IMG/VR virus record: IMGVR_UViG_3300029787_000010
Span: 40,981-104,980 of that record
DNA length: 64,000 bases
Direction: 5' to 3' (one strand)
DNA from: a virus
The position numbers were made by a program, and so were the translations under genes. This document shows positions 40,808-50,691 of this stretch, piece after piece (within the stretch, counting starts at the first letter, position 1; the number at the start of each line of letters is the position of its first letter). The notes below the pieces were generated by a model. The model did no database searches. It was not told the origin of the DNA and worked only from the letters and a program-made list of their open reading frames with translations.

Positions 40808-42538
40808 TCAAAAACCGCCTGTATTCCGGCGTGCTTGCTCTACTGGTCCGGCTGGTGGACCACGCTGTTGAACGCTGCCAATCGGTGAGCCGGAGCCGGC
40901 TGTTTGGAATCGCTGAGGGCTGGCAGGACCACGGTTTCGCAAACCTCGGCCTTCGCCGCCGGGGTTCATGGCAGCCATACCCGCATTCGCCTGTCCTGCT
41001 AACGCCCCTGCCAGTTGCGGAGGAATGTTGCGAGACGGTAGTCCTCCGGGTTGCGTCATTGGCTGAGGCCCACCGGGCATACCGGGCATACCGGGTTGAC
41101 CGGGTTGACCGGGTGGCATCTCCTGCTTCTTGTAGACGAAGCGAATGTCTCTACCGCCTTCTTCAACAAGTTCTGCTTGGTAGCCAAGTTGAGCCATGCG
41201 TTGAGCAATGTTGACTTCCATTTCATCTCGTCGTAGACGAGTGACTTCGTCCTCTTCTTCGTTGGGGTACAGCGTGAGTTTCCAATCGTGCACATCCATT
41301 TCTTGCATCAAGCGAGGGAACAGGTTCTCAGTGTAGACTTTGTGCCCTGCTTCTACAGCACGATTGGTCACGAGGATTTGCAGACCTTCGTTGTTGAGGC
41401 CACCGGACTTACCTGTGTCCATCATGAAGACATTGGACACACCATAAAACGCAGCAATACGGGTTCGCATTTCATCACGCACCGAGATGTATTGCATTTC
41501 TTCAAGCGTGTCCATGAACTTGACCCAGTTGACTCCGCCACGGCCATTTTGACTTTCAACAGCAATTTTAGGGATGTAATGAGGGTCGCGCTCCATTTTT
41601 TCATCCACGCCTTTCCAAAAAGACTTCATGGATTCTACATTGTCTGTCGTAATTGAAATCAGCCCACGAGGCACACGGCGTTTTGAATAAGCCGTGTACA
41701 TGTAATTATCCATGGCCGTGAGTGTCATGGCCTGTCGCCAAATGGTGGCTACAGGAGAGCGACCATAGAGTTTGGACGGATGGTACTTGCTAACATGGAT
41801 GACTTCGCCTTCAATGTAATACTGTGATTTACCCGGACCACCTGTGTTGACATGGTGCACATCCTCCAACTCGTGTCCACAGATTTCACAATTGTTTTCT
41901 TTCTGCGTGTAGCCACGAACTTGGTCACGATGGATTGGGCAGACTTTGTAGCGACCACCACGCACGCCACGCTTATCAGCAACAATGCGCATAAAAATGG
42001 GGTCGCCTCGCAAAATCTCCTTGACACGGTAGAATTGAATTTCGTTGGACTCCGGGTCCACATAATACTCCTTGACCAAAACAAGGAAAGCATCGTCAAC
42101 AATGTTCAAATCAAACTCAATTTCTCGTAAAACATCAATAAAGCGTTGCTCCATGCTGTTGCGCTGTTCAATCAGCCACTTGGGGTAGACGAGATTGTCG
42201 GGGTCGGGCTTCTCTAATTCAGTAGAGTCGCACTGCTTACACACATCTACATCGTGCTGATACTCCTTGTCACAGACCATGCACTTTCGGTGATACGCTT
42301 TTTCCCAATAGTAGCCCCGTCGGAAAATTTCCTGCTGGAGTGTGGTGATAACGGTTCTTAAAATGACATTTTCATGTGCAACAGAGTACAGAGCAGGGAT
42401 GGTAATACCCTGCATGATAACGGGTTCTTGAATACCCGTCGTCCACAAGGGCATTTGTGGCTCGGGAGTGCGTCGGCGACGGAAGCGGTCAGCCAACCCG
42501 CTAAGGGCTCTTGAAACTCTACCTTTTTCTTCTGCCAT
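40808..42538 (-). CDS. Portal protein with two zinc-ribbon insertions
   Basis: 'EIEFDLNIVDDAFL', 'EVIHV...LYGRSPV', 'VPRGLI' and 'IAAFYGVS' are portal motifs; start taken at ATG 42538 (TAATG overlap with the upstream stop); P/G/Q/M-rich tail. Confidence 0.9.
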   Translation of the reverse strand: MAEEKGRVSRALSGLADRFRRRRTPEPQMPLWTTGIQEPVIMQGITIPALYSVAHENVILRTVITTLQQEIFRRGYYWEKAYHRKCMVCDKEYQHDVDVCKQCDSTELEKPDPDNLVYPKWLIEQRNSMEQRFIDVLREIEFDLNIVDDAFLVLVKEYYVDPESNEIQFYRVKEILRGDPIFMRIVADKRGVRGGRYKVCPIHRDQVRGYTQKENNCEICGHELEDVHHVNTGGPGKSQYYIEGEVIHVSKYHPSKLYGRSPVATIWRQAMTLTAMDNYMYTAYSKRRVPRGLISITTDNVESMKSFWKGVDEKMERDPHYIPKIAVESQNGRGGVNWVKFMDTLEEMQYISVRDEMRTRIAAFYGVSNVFMMDTGKSGGLNNEGLQILVTNRAVEAGHKVYTENLFPRLMQEMDVHDWKLTLYPNEEEDEVTRLRRDEMEVNIAQRMAQLGYQAELVEEGGRDIRFVYKKQEMPPGQPGQPGMPGMPGGPQPMTQPGGLPSRNIPPQLAGALAGQANAGMAAMNPGGEGRGLRNRGPASPQRFQTAGSGSPIGSVQQRGPPAGPVEQARRNTGGF

Positions 42539-43857
42539 TACAACACCTCTTTCCAACCCATTACCGTGTCTTTGTCAACTGTCCATTCTCCCATTTTCTT
42601 TGCCAGTGCATCGGGGTCGTCTTTCCAGTTTTCATGCTGAACAAACAACCGGAGTTGTTCTTTGAGAAGGGGGTCCTGTTCTTGTAGGCATCGGAGAGCG
42701 GCCTTAGCCTGCATGGACTTAAGTTGCAGGTGAGGAAGGATGCCTTCAAGCACTTTTTTGACATCGGATTTGGATTGGAAATTAACACGGTGAACGCTAC
42801 GGTTGCTGGTTTTGCCTACACGCTCGTTAAGGCTGAGCATACCACAGCCCAGTGTTTTCTGCAAGCGTTCACAATGAATTTTACCACGGTCGCCAGTAGC
42901 GATGGCAGAAGCACGAACTTCTCCACGCTTGGTGATGTAGATTGAGCCGTCTGCGTCAAAGAAACCAGCGGCATAGGCCCATGGGTCTTTGACGATAATG
43001 CCGTGCGAAGTCAACACAGCATACTCGCCACGCCTTGGGGCCTTGATGATGTCAATCTCCTCACCGTACATTTTGAGAAGTTGTGAAACATTGGTGGCTC
43101 CTACACGACCATCTCCTTTGACGATGATGTTGGAAGCGATGGCCCGTGCACTCATATGCCCTTTGTCCACCAGTTCTTGCTTTGCCATTTGCAGAACATT
43201 TTGCTGCTGCTTGGTCAAACTATCAATTTGATGTAGACCGCTGCGCCACATTTTCTTAGCGTCTTGTCGCTGTTGCATAGCATTGACCCAAGCATTTCGC
43301 TCTTCGTCGCCCCACACATCCTCAAACTCGTCCAGCATTTTGAGTGTTTCGTCAGCCACTTCCCACATGTTACAAGCCCGGCGCAGCGTACTTTCACGGG
43401 ACTTAGAAAACAAACGGAGTGATTTCAAGTTCCTATCGGTAAGTCCCAAGTTGCGTATGGTGCTGTGATGGTCCTTCGCCCAAGGGATGGACTCCAAAGT
43501 CTTCTGCACCTCTTCTGCTTTCATAGTGCGCACGCTTTCTATAGCCTTGTCAATCTCGTCACGCATGTCTTTCATGTGCCGACGAGCACGCTTGAAGTTC
43601 TTGACCACATCATCGGCATCCTTGCCAAAGTGACTGATGAACCAAGAGTCTCCGTTGACAGGAAACTCATGCATCTCCACAAAAATATCCGGCTCTTCTA
43701 CACGAGGGAGGGCTTCCTTAGCGATGATGACAGCCGTAGACGGGTCCTGTTTGACCAGTGGATGATGAGAAAGCGTAGAAGCGACCATGTTGCCCAGTTC
43801 GTCCCCCAAGTCAACGAAGTTTTCGCCCACGCCGACCTTTAATGATGACCACATCAT
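42538..43857 (-). CDS. Protein with C-terminal single-motif LAGLIDADG endonuclease-like domain
   Basis: 'WAYAAGFFDADGSIYI...LEGILPHLQLKSMQA'; long helical N-terminus plus an HTH-like segment. Confidence 0.8.
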   Translation of the reverse strand: MMWSSLKVGVGENFVDLGDELGNMVASTLSHHPLVKQDPSTAVIIAKEALPRVEEPDIFVEMHEFPVNGDSWFISHFGKDADDVVKNFKRARRHMKDMRDEIDKAIESVRTMKAEEVQKTLESIPWAKDHHSTIRNLGLTDRNLKSLRLFSKSRESTLRRACNMWEVADETLKMLDEFEDVWGDEERNAWVNAMQQRQDAKKMWRSGLHQIDSLTKQQQNVLQMAKQELVDKGHMSARAIASNIIVKGDGRVGATNVSQLLKMYGEEIDIIKAPRRGEYAVLTSHGIIVKDPWAYAAGFFDADGSIYITKRGEVRASAIATGDRGKIHCERLQKTLGCGMLSLNERVGKTSNRSVHRVNFQSKSDVKKVLEGILPHLQLKSMQAKAALRCLQEQDPLLKEQLRLFVQHENWKDDPDALAKKMGEWTVDKDTVMGWKEVL

Positions 43858-43908
43858 GCCCCCTCCATTGTGTTGAGCGAGGCCATCTCTTTATGACACT
43901 TTAGGTCC

Positions 43909-45414
43909 CTAAGCGACAAAAATATCATCTCCTCCAAACCGAGGGTTGGGCATACTTGGTGCCCCCAAGAACCATTTATCAAAGCCGGGCAAGTCATCAT
44001 CATCGTCCAGCAAAATAACGCTACCCTTGAACTCCTTGGTGCCCCAGTTGGCAAGAGCCACAGCCATGGCCAAGTCGTCGTGGCTACCTACAGACTCAAG
44101 GCGACCGTTCCGCTTCATACCAAAGCGACTGAGTTGAGTTTCCAAAATCCTCGTGTACTCTTTGCTCTTCTCATCACCCCAAGGCGTTTTGAGTTGCCCC
44201 TGCTCAAGTGCCAAAAGCAAACTCATGAACATGGACTCCTTTCGCTGACGGGTGGTCATGAAGGTCTTGATAGGAATATCATCTCGCATGTCCCGCAGTT
44301 CAGCCTCAAACATGCGTTGGAAGTTGTTGCCTTCCAATTCAATGAGGTCCGGCTGGAACCGATTGTTGAGGATGAGCATGCGCTTCTTCTGCGCCATACC
44401 CCCAAGTCCCTTTTCGTTGACAACATGAATGATTTGTTTTGTACCGTCGCCCGGAACGATGCGAATCACCACCATGGCAGTATAGTCGGCGTTTTTATCC
44501 GAAGCAATGGCTGGGTCCCAGCCGATAAAGTGCTGTCCGAAGAGTCCGGTTTTTTCACCATTTTCATCATAGTCATGTTCGGCGTAGTCCATAATTTTGA
44601 GATTCGGGTCACGGGCACTCTCCAACAAACTCATCGGGAACATACTGGAAGTGTCGTGAATTGGTTCGCACAAGTATTCACGAGCGAACCGAATGGCAGG
44701 CATGGAGGACTCACGCATTTTGAGGGCGTCCAAGTCCCATCGCTCCGGCCACAATGCTTCGCCTTTGTCGTTGATGGCAGGATATGTCTCTACCATGAAA
44801 GTGTCTTTTTCTTCTAACTCGGCGTACAAGTCGTCATAAGAAAACGGAGTGCCGACCATCATCATACGCCCCGTGTGGTGCAACACAGGAAGAAGAACGG
44901 TGTAAAACCAGTCAGCAGCACGCTGCAACTCACCCGTGGTCGTTCCCCACAGAATGTCATCGCACACCACAACATCGGGGTGGAACCCACGGGTAGCACC
45001 ACCGACCGACTTCGCCATGATACGGCTGCCGTTGGTGAACTCAAAGTAGGATTTAGCCCACGGCTTACCAGTAGGTTTGAGATGCTTAAGCAAATCCGTG
45101 CCCTCAATGTTACTGCGAATAAAGCGCATGTGCTCAAGCGTCTGCTCAAGACTGTGACTGAACACCATGATGTGTGTACCGGGCTGGAAGGCCCCAATCC
45201 ACAAAGCGTAAGACATGAAGAACACGGACTTACCGTGGTCACGAGACGCCTTCACGCAGTAGTATTTGTTTTCATTCAGCCCTTTCTCCCAGCAGCCGTG
45301 GTGGTAGGAGTAGTCAAACCCCAAAATCTCGTGAAAAAAATACTTGAAACTCTTCTTGCACATCTCAGTGTCCACTTGATGAACGAGGTCTTTGATGGCA
45401 GGATTGTCGCTCAA
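43909..45414 (-). CDS. terL: Terminase large subunit
   Basis: Walker A 'ASRDHGKS', Walker B 'VVVCDD', coupling motif 'VGTP', RNase H-like nuclease 'IGWDPA...DYTA...HDDLAMA'. Confidence 0.95.
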   Translation of the reverse strand: MSDNPAIKDLVHQVDTEMCKKSFKYFFHEILGFDYSYHHGCWEKGLNENKYYCVKASRDHGKSVFFMSYALWIGAFQPGTHIMVFSHSLEQTLEHMRFIRSNIEGTDLLKHLKPTGKPWAKSYFEFTNGSRIMAKSVGGATRGFHPDVVVCDDILWGTTTGELQRAADWFYTVLLPVLHHTGRMMMVGTPFSYDDLYAELEEKDTFMVETYPAINDKGEALWPERWDLDALKMRESSMPAIRFAREYLCEPIHDTSSMFPMSLLESARDPNLKIMDYAEHDYDENGEKTGLFGQHFIGWDPAIASDKNADYTAMVVIRIVPGDGTKQIIHVVNEKGLGGMAQKKRMLILNNRFQPDLIELEGNNFQRMFEAELRDMRDDIPIKTFMTTRQRKESMFMSLLLALEQGQLKTPWGDEKSKEYTRILETQLSRFGMKRNGRLESVGSHDDLAMAVALANWGTKEFKGSVILLDDDDDLPGFDKWFLGAPSMPNPRFGGDDIFVA

Positions 45415-46415
45415 CCCTGCCCACCGCCCATATTGTCAATCGTGCGACGCTGCTGCAAGGCTTGTCCAAAAATACGCGAGTCGCTGGGCGGCTCCTCTTC
45501 TTCTTCGGCCACCTGTTGCCCAAGTTGCGCAGCCAAGTTTGTGTCTTGTGTGGTATGGTTGGCATGGTTCGGGTCAATTTGTTCACCTGCCTGCAAAACC
45601 GCTCCGGGACCCGGAGCCGTCTGCAACGGCCGAACTGGCTGAGGTAGTTGAGCCATTTGTGCGTTGGGGAACTGCTGGCCCAAAGACGGGCCTTCCCTTC
45701 GGTTATAGGTAGTGGCTCTAATTTGGTCGCTGGTAGCAACAAGAACTTGTCGGAGAGCGTCCAAATTACCTGTTTCTGCAAAGCCTTGGAGGGTGGGGGC
45801 TATTTGGTTGATTTGTTCCGGAGTTGCCCCTTGATTCAACAAGTCACTGATTGCTCGCGCTGCGGCAGGGTGCTGTTTTGCGGCTTGCTTTTGTGAACGC
45901 AGTCGCTCTCTACCAAGAGTAGTGCCCAATTTTCTATCTGCTGCCATTTTACCCTTTTGCTGAGCAGCCGAGCCGGCTTGTGCTAAACGCTCATCCTCGT
46001 CAGCCAACATAGCAGCGTTGCGAGTGCGGACACTTATTGGATTGATGCGACTGGTTTCAAATCGCTGCCGACCTTCTTCTTGAGCCTGTGCCGCAAGGCG
46101 GTCTTCTCGCTCCTTCAATTGTGCACGCCGTGCTCGGGAAACAGTTTTACCAGCAAGGCCACGACCAACATCTGCCCCCTGCATCCCACCTGCATAGGCG
46201 CTGCCAAGCAAACTGCTGATATTGCGATGCTTTCCCGTTACTGCTCCTGCAATACCGACGAATCTTCCTAAACCGGCTCCCAGTTTTTCTCGCAAAGAAA
46301 GCGGGGCACGAGCACTACCCCTGTTCCCGCCACCCACATCCATCACATAGGACATTTTGCCACTGCTGTCAATTTGTGGTTTCAACGCTTTTTGAACAAG
46401 GACTTTCTTCATCAA
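45411..46415 (-). CDS. Hypothetical A/G/Q/R-rich protein, putative core/ejection protein
   Basis: N-terminal VLVQK|A; Gly-rich hydrophobic stretch; translationally coupled to its neighbours. Confidence 0.65.
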   Translation of the reverse strand: MMKKVLVQKALKPQIDSSGKMSYVMDVGGGNRGSARAPLSLREKLGAGLGRFVGIAGAVTGKHRNISSLLGSAYAGGMQGADVGRGLAGKTVSRARRAQLKEREDRLAAQAQEEGRQRFETSRINPISVRTRNAAMLADEDERLAQAGSAAQQKGKMAADRKLGTTLGRERLRSQKQAAKQHPAAARAISDLLNQGATPEQINQIAPTLQGFAETGNLDALRQVLVATSDQIRATTYNRREGPSLGQQFPNAQMAQLPQPVRPLQTAPGPGAVLQAGEQIDPNHANHTTQDTNLAAQLGQQVAEEEEEPPSDSRIFGQALQQRRTIDNMGGGQG

Positions 46416-48625
46416 ACGCCACCCCCAAAGGTGACCTTGACCGCCTTGACGATTTCGGGACCGACATTCCAGTCGTTTGCTACACGGTGCCAGTCGCCGT
46501 GCGAGTGGTAGATACCGTGAACATCCATCACGCTGATGCCGAGTGATTTGGCTACAACACTGACATCGTCAGCCTTGGTGATTCGGGACCGGTATTGAGC
46601 CAGTGATTTAACCACGGTGTCTTGACTTGCTTCTTTGAATTGAATACGCTCCATGGTCTTGAGCAGGTCGCTAACCGTGCGCTCTTCGGAAGTGATGATG
46701 CTGCCGTCGTCCAGTCGTTGTTGCCGAGATACCCTTTGAGTGCCTTCAAAGTCTTGAAAGGACGGTTGGGGTAAGTTCGCAGAAGCCCGTGATACTCCCG
46801 GTGTGAGGTTCGTCAATTGAGCGCGGGCCGCTTCAATCTCTTCCATGCGAGTGGGCGCAGCAGCGTCCCCCATGGCTTGCCGATGCAGTTCCGGACTATC
46901 TGCATTGTTATCAAGCATGTTTCGTGTGACTTCATGTGCTTGGTCAGCCGTTGGCGAAACACCTTGGGGTATGCCGTGCACATGGCCAGCCCAATGGTCG
47001 GGCACAGACGAGTGAATAGCGTGGTGAGGGTGGTCTTTGTGGGCCTCGGGGAGTTTACCAGTGACTTGGGACCTTTGTCCTCTATGGTCGTCGGTATTAC
47101 GAAACGCATTGGCGAATTGGAGGTATGCGTCGTGGTTTGCCTCATCATAAGCATGGTCTTTGTGGTCGTAGTCTGCGTTGCGAAAATTATCAAGTGCCTG
47201 CGCCCAAGCGTCCTGTTGGCTCTCCACTTGCCCCGATGCAACAAGGTTAAGTGAATGCATCCAAGGAATAGCGTACAAATCACGAGAACGATTAAGACCC
47301 TTATTCTTTGATGGGCCTTTGCGAGTTGCGATAGAGTCCCGAACCCGTTTGTACATGGGAGAATCCATGTCCACACCAAGTGATGCAGCAACCCCTCTCA
47401 AAATGGCCGGTGCCCGTGAGTTATCGTTTACTTGGTGTCCCGTCCCACCAATCAAGAATTGTGAAATGGGCATGGATGCGTATTGCCTGTACTTTTCTAT
47501 GTCTTCCGGTTTAATTTCTACCCCAATGTTACGAAGTTCTTGCATAATTTCGTTAGTACGAGATGCGATTTCAGCCGAATTTTCAACTTGGGCTCGCTTT
47601 TTACCACCCATTTTTCGTGTTGGTGTAGCGAACAGTGCTTTAGGAGCGAACTGCGCTACATCCAGCGGGTGGTAATTCTCAATGACTTTCCCCGACTTGT
47701 GTCCGGGAATCATACCGCTTCCATCTTCGCCAAAATGCTTCTTTGCTTCGGGCCCACTGAGTGCTTTGACTCGTCCAAAGGTCATGTTGTCAAGGCGAAC
47801 TTTGGAGCCTCCAAGGTAATGAAATCTGTCCTTGGGTGGCAACTCAACCCCTAATTGCTCTCGGTACATATTACGAAGACTTTCGTACAGTTCTGCTGTT
47901 GAATCATACATTGGATGCACGCCACCGTCAATGAACATCCCTTTGTCAGCACCTTCCAAGTCATGCAAGTTCCCCATGTTTGCGGAGTAATTAGTTGGGC
48001 GACCGTCTTCGGTCCCGACTTGCCTTTGGCTGCGAACACTGTTCCCGTCAAAAGGTCCCGATGTGTTTAGTCGCCACAGCACGCTATTTACATCGGGTAA
48101 CTTTTGCCCGGTTTTGTTGTGATTGTCAATGGCCCCTTGAAATAATTGCTTAACAAGGTCCATGTTCCAAATTGGAATGTTGTGTTCTTCTCCAAATCCG
48201 GGGTTGCGAGCATCCGGGTTGATACCCTCTTTGATAAGGTGACTCCGTATTACAGAATGCATGTGCCCCATCATGTAGTCAAGCGGGTGAGAACTTTCGG
48301 GCTCGGTTACACCATTGCGAGTGCGATGAAGAAGGCGACCTGTTTTGAAGTCGTGACCAAACGGCGGGTGGTGGGCTCGCACGCCCTCGGGCCCTTCAAA
48401 CTGGTCGTACCAACCAATGTCTTCGGGTGGATTGAATACTTCTTTGGGTGACCAGTGGCGAATCGGATGCGTCTCATCCTCACCGATGTGATACAGACCG
48501 TAGGATTTGCGAAGCACCATCTGCTGCTTCATGATGTTCCATGTGCGGTGAAGCGTGTCTACGATGTCAAACCTGCCACGGCTCTCGGCCAGCGAGTCCG
48601 ACGAGTAGTGAACACGAAACATCAA
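46412..48625 (-). CDS. Hypothetical 737-aa protein, putative core protein
   Basis: Long ORF with ATGA overlaps; 'TWNIMK' and 'MVLRK|S' motifs near the N-terminus; HTH-like C-terminus. Confidence 0.7.
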   Translation of the reverse strand: MMFRVHYSSDSLAESRGRFDIVDTLHRTWNIMKQQMVLRKSYGLYHIGEDETHPIRHWSPKEVFNPPEDIGWYDQFEGPEGVRAHHPPFGHDFKTGRLLHRTRNGVTEPESSHPLDYMMGHMHSVIRSHLIKEGINPDARNPGFGEEHNIPIWNMDLVKQLFQGAIDNHNKTGQKLPDVNSVLWRLNTSGPFDGNSVRSQRQVGTEDGRPTNYSANMGNLHDLEGADKGMFIDGGVHPMYDSTAELYESLRNMYREQLGVELPPKDRFHYLGGSKVRLDNMTFGRVKALSGPEAKKHFGEDGSGMIPGHKSGKVIENYHPLDVAQFAPKALFATPTRKMGGKKRAQVENSAEIASRTNEIMQELRNIGVEIKPEDIEKYRQYASMPISQFLIGGTGHQVNDNSRAPAILRGVAASLGVDMDSPMYKRVRDSIATRKGPSKNKGLNRSRDLYAIPWMHSLNLVASGQVESQQDAWAQALDNFRNADYDHKDHAYDEANHDAYLQFANAFRNTDDHRGQRSQVTGKLPEAHKDHPHHAIHSSVPDHWAGHVHGIPQGVSPTADQAHEVTRNMLDNNADSPELHRQAMGDAAAPTRMEEIEAARAQLTNLTPGVSRASANLPQPSFQDFEGTQRVSRQQRLDDGSIITSEERTVSDLLKTMERIQFKEASQDTVVKSLAQYRSRITKADDVSVVAKSLGISVMDVHGIYHSHGDWHRVANDWNVGPEIVKAVKVTFGGGV

Positions 48626-49674
48626 GCCGTCCTCCCGCTACCCCTGCTCACAAAGTGGTGACCGGAGGCACCGGCAGAACGGAACTCATCAGCCTCTTTG
48701 TTGTCAGTGCCCCCTTGAGGCTGAGTGGTTTCACCATCACGGTGCCCAGCCTCACCTTCTTTGGAGGTACCCTTGCCGGACGGCGGTGCTTTCTTGGCTG
48801 ACTCCTTGCGAGCGATGGCTCGCTTCAAGTCTCGCAAAATGTTGCGCAATTGGCTGAGGTGAAGGTAGCCCGAAGCCGACTTAACGAGCATCTGCATCTC
48901 TTGAAGTTCGGACTTCATGGTCATGGGCTTGAACTTTGTACGGCGTTCGGGGTTGTGCCCTTGATAGGGCAAGGAAATGTTACCGCGATTGGCCTGCATG
49001 GCTCGGGTACCGAGACTTTGGCGGTATTTGTCGGGAAACAAACGCAGAGGCTGCTTAGTATCAAGTCCAAGGTGGGACATCTCAACGGCTTTATCAGCAT
49101 TAACCATGCCACCCTGTTCAGTACGAGGACTGAGTGTACGGGACTGTCGCTTGGCACGCATGGATGTTGCTTGCTTTTGACGAGAGCGGCCACCGGGGGG
49201 AGCCTTGAACTGCTGGGTGGAGAAGTCGCCGTCTCGCTTGAGCAGTTGGAAAGCGATGTCCATCGGCTCACCGGCCATGACAGTTTGCTGACCGTATGGA
49301 CTAAGTGCCTGTGCACCAAAACTGATGCTGGCTTCGGGAGAACCAGTGCCCGGCGAGCCAGTGAGGGCACTGAGTTCATTCTGTTGAGCCATAGGCGTTT
49401 CTTCCATCATGTCCTCTTCCGGCTCGTCCATCGGCATAGGAGTGGGCATACCCATGTCGGGTTCTTCCGATTCAATGTTGAACTTGAGATGGGGCAGTTC
49501 ACGCGTCTTAACACGCTCCTCCTTCTCCTTCATTTTTTTGTCCTTCATTTGGTCCTCATGTTCAGGTGAACCCTTACCGTGCCGGTAGTCTTCGCCGTCC
49601 GAATAAAGGTGGTCCGAATCGGACCGGGGGGAATACATGCGGGTGTCAGTACCGGTACCCATGCTACTGGTCAT
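48622..49674 (-). CDS. Hypothetical disordered protein with internal tag (GEPMDIAFQLLK)
   Basis: 350 aa; acidic half before the motif, basic half after it. Confidence 0.7.
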   Translation of the reverse strand: MTSSMGTGTDTRMYSPRSDSDHLYSDGEDYRHGKGSPEHEDQMKDKKMKEKEERVKTRELPHLKFNIESEEPDMGMPTPMPMDEPEEDMMEETPMAQQNELSALTGSPGTGSPEASISFGAQALSPYGQQTVMAGEPMDIAFQLLKRDGDFSTQQFKAPPGGRSRQKQATSMRAKRQSRTLSPRTEQGGMVNADKAVEMSHLGLDTKQPLRLFPDKYRQSLGTRAMQANRGNISLPYQGHNPERRTKFKPMTMKSELQEMQMLVKSASGYLHLSQLRNILRDLKRAIARKESAKKAPPSGKGTSKEGEAGHRDGETTQPQGGTDNKEADEFRSAGASGHHFVSRGSGRTA

Positions 49675-50381
49675 GCGCTACCCTCCTGTTCTAACAAGCC
49701 GCTGATGTCAATTTCGTCGCCTTCCTGTGTGAGCAAGGCTTCTTTGACGCGCTTCCAAGTATCGGGACTCTCCTTTGCCATTTCAACTTTGAGGATGTTG
49801 ATGGTGTTTGCCACCATTTTCTCCTCGGGCTCAACCCACGCCTTTTGAAATGTGGTTAAGTCTTTGATGGACTCACGAATCTCTTTGCTTAACCTCACCA
49901 TATCCGAAACAGCCCCATCATCGTGGATGCTGACCTCGTCCATGTAGCGAGACAATTTCTCATTGAGGCGTTCAGTGTTGTGTCGCAAGATGTCAGCCTC
50001 TTGACCTACTTTGATGGACACGATGGCTGATGCACTTTGCTTGACGATGGGCTGGAAATGTTCTTTCATGTGCTTGTAAACAGTAGCCTCACTGCAATTC
50101 AACTCTTGAGCAATCTCTTCGGTGGTCATACCTTCGTCAAAGTAAGCGACTTCGTACATACTTCGGTGGTCGTCCGTGCATATCACGCAGCGGTAGTTGG
50201 AACCTTCCAAGTTTTCACCAGCATGATTCCGCATGTGGCGCTCAGCCGTGTTGGCTCGCCACCCTTTGTCCCGGTCCATGGTGCGCACATCAGCGGTACC
50301 TTGAGCAAGATTCATCTCAAGTTCGTCACGGTCGGGGTCTTGGCAGAAAGGGCAAGAACGCTTGCTTTGCCTAACTCCCAT
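49671..50381 (-). CDS. Terminase small subunit candidate (two CxxC..HxxxH Zn/HTH repeats plus coiled coil)
   Basis: CPFC...HMRNH and CVIC...EEIAQELNCSEATVYKHMKEH; helical oligomerisation-like C-terminus; first gene of the unit containing terL. Confidence 0.55.
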   Translation of the reverse strand: MGVRQSKRSCPFCQDPDRDELEMNLAQGTADVRTMDRDKGWRANTAERHMRNHAGENLEGSNYRCVICTDDHRSMYEVAYFDEGMTTEEIAQELNCSEATVYKHMKEHFQPIVKQSASAIVSIKVGQEADILRHNTERLNEKLSRYMDEVSIHDDGAVSDMVRLSKEIRESIKDLTTFQKAWVEPEEKMVANTINILKVEMAKESPDTWKRVKEALLTQEGDEIDISGLLEQEGSA

Positions 50382-50403
50382 GCGTGGTCCATGCTACGCC
50401 CAA

Positions 50404-50418
50404 CGATAAGCCTTTAGG
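50404..50418. promoter_or_regulatory. Putative compact bidirectional promoter
   Basis: 58-bp gap between divergent ATGs; CTTATC (minus) and CTTTAG (plus) each lie about 21-23 nt from their ATG. Confidence 0.4.
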
Positions 50419-50439
50419 AAAGAGCAGTGAGGAAACACT

Positions 50440-50691
50440 ATGCCAAGACTGCCCAAAATGAATGTCAAAGTGGCCGGAATCCCTATGACAAAGGAAACGG
50501 CTGTTTCATTGTCAAAGGCTGCAAGAGATGTGGCTTTGCGACGAAAGGTAAGTCCGGAAGAGCGGGGTCGCAGACTCTCTATCTGCCAAGAATGCCCAAG
50601 TTGGACAGGCACACGATGCAAAGACTGTGGATGCATCATGCGAGCAAAAGCATCACTCAAATCGTCCACCTGTCCGCAAGACAAGTGGTGA
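50440..50691 (+). CDS. Small basic Cys-rich protein
   Basis: 'RLSICQEC...RCKDCGC...KA...CPQDKW' is a recurrent small viral Cys-rich pattern; fits the gap exactly; the only convincing internal plus-strand gene. Confidence 0.75.
   Translation: MPRLPKMNVKVAGIPMTKETAVSLSKAARDVALRRKVSPEERGRRLSICQECPSWTGTRCKDCGCIMRAKASLKSSTCPQDKW

Noticed and set aside
42538-45414. Intein or intron splitting terL
   Set aside because: TerL is complete at 501 aa, and the LAGLIDADG ORF is separate with no Hint motifs (N-terminal Cys, C-terminal His-Asn).
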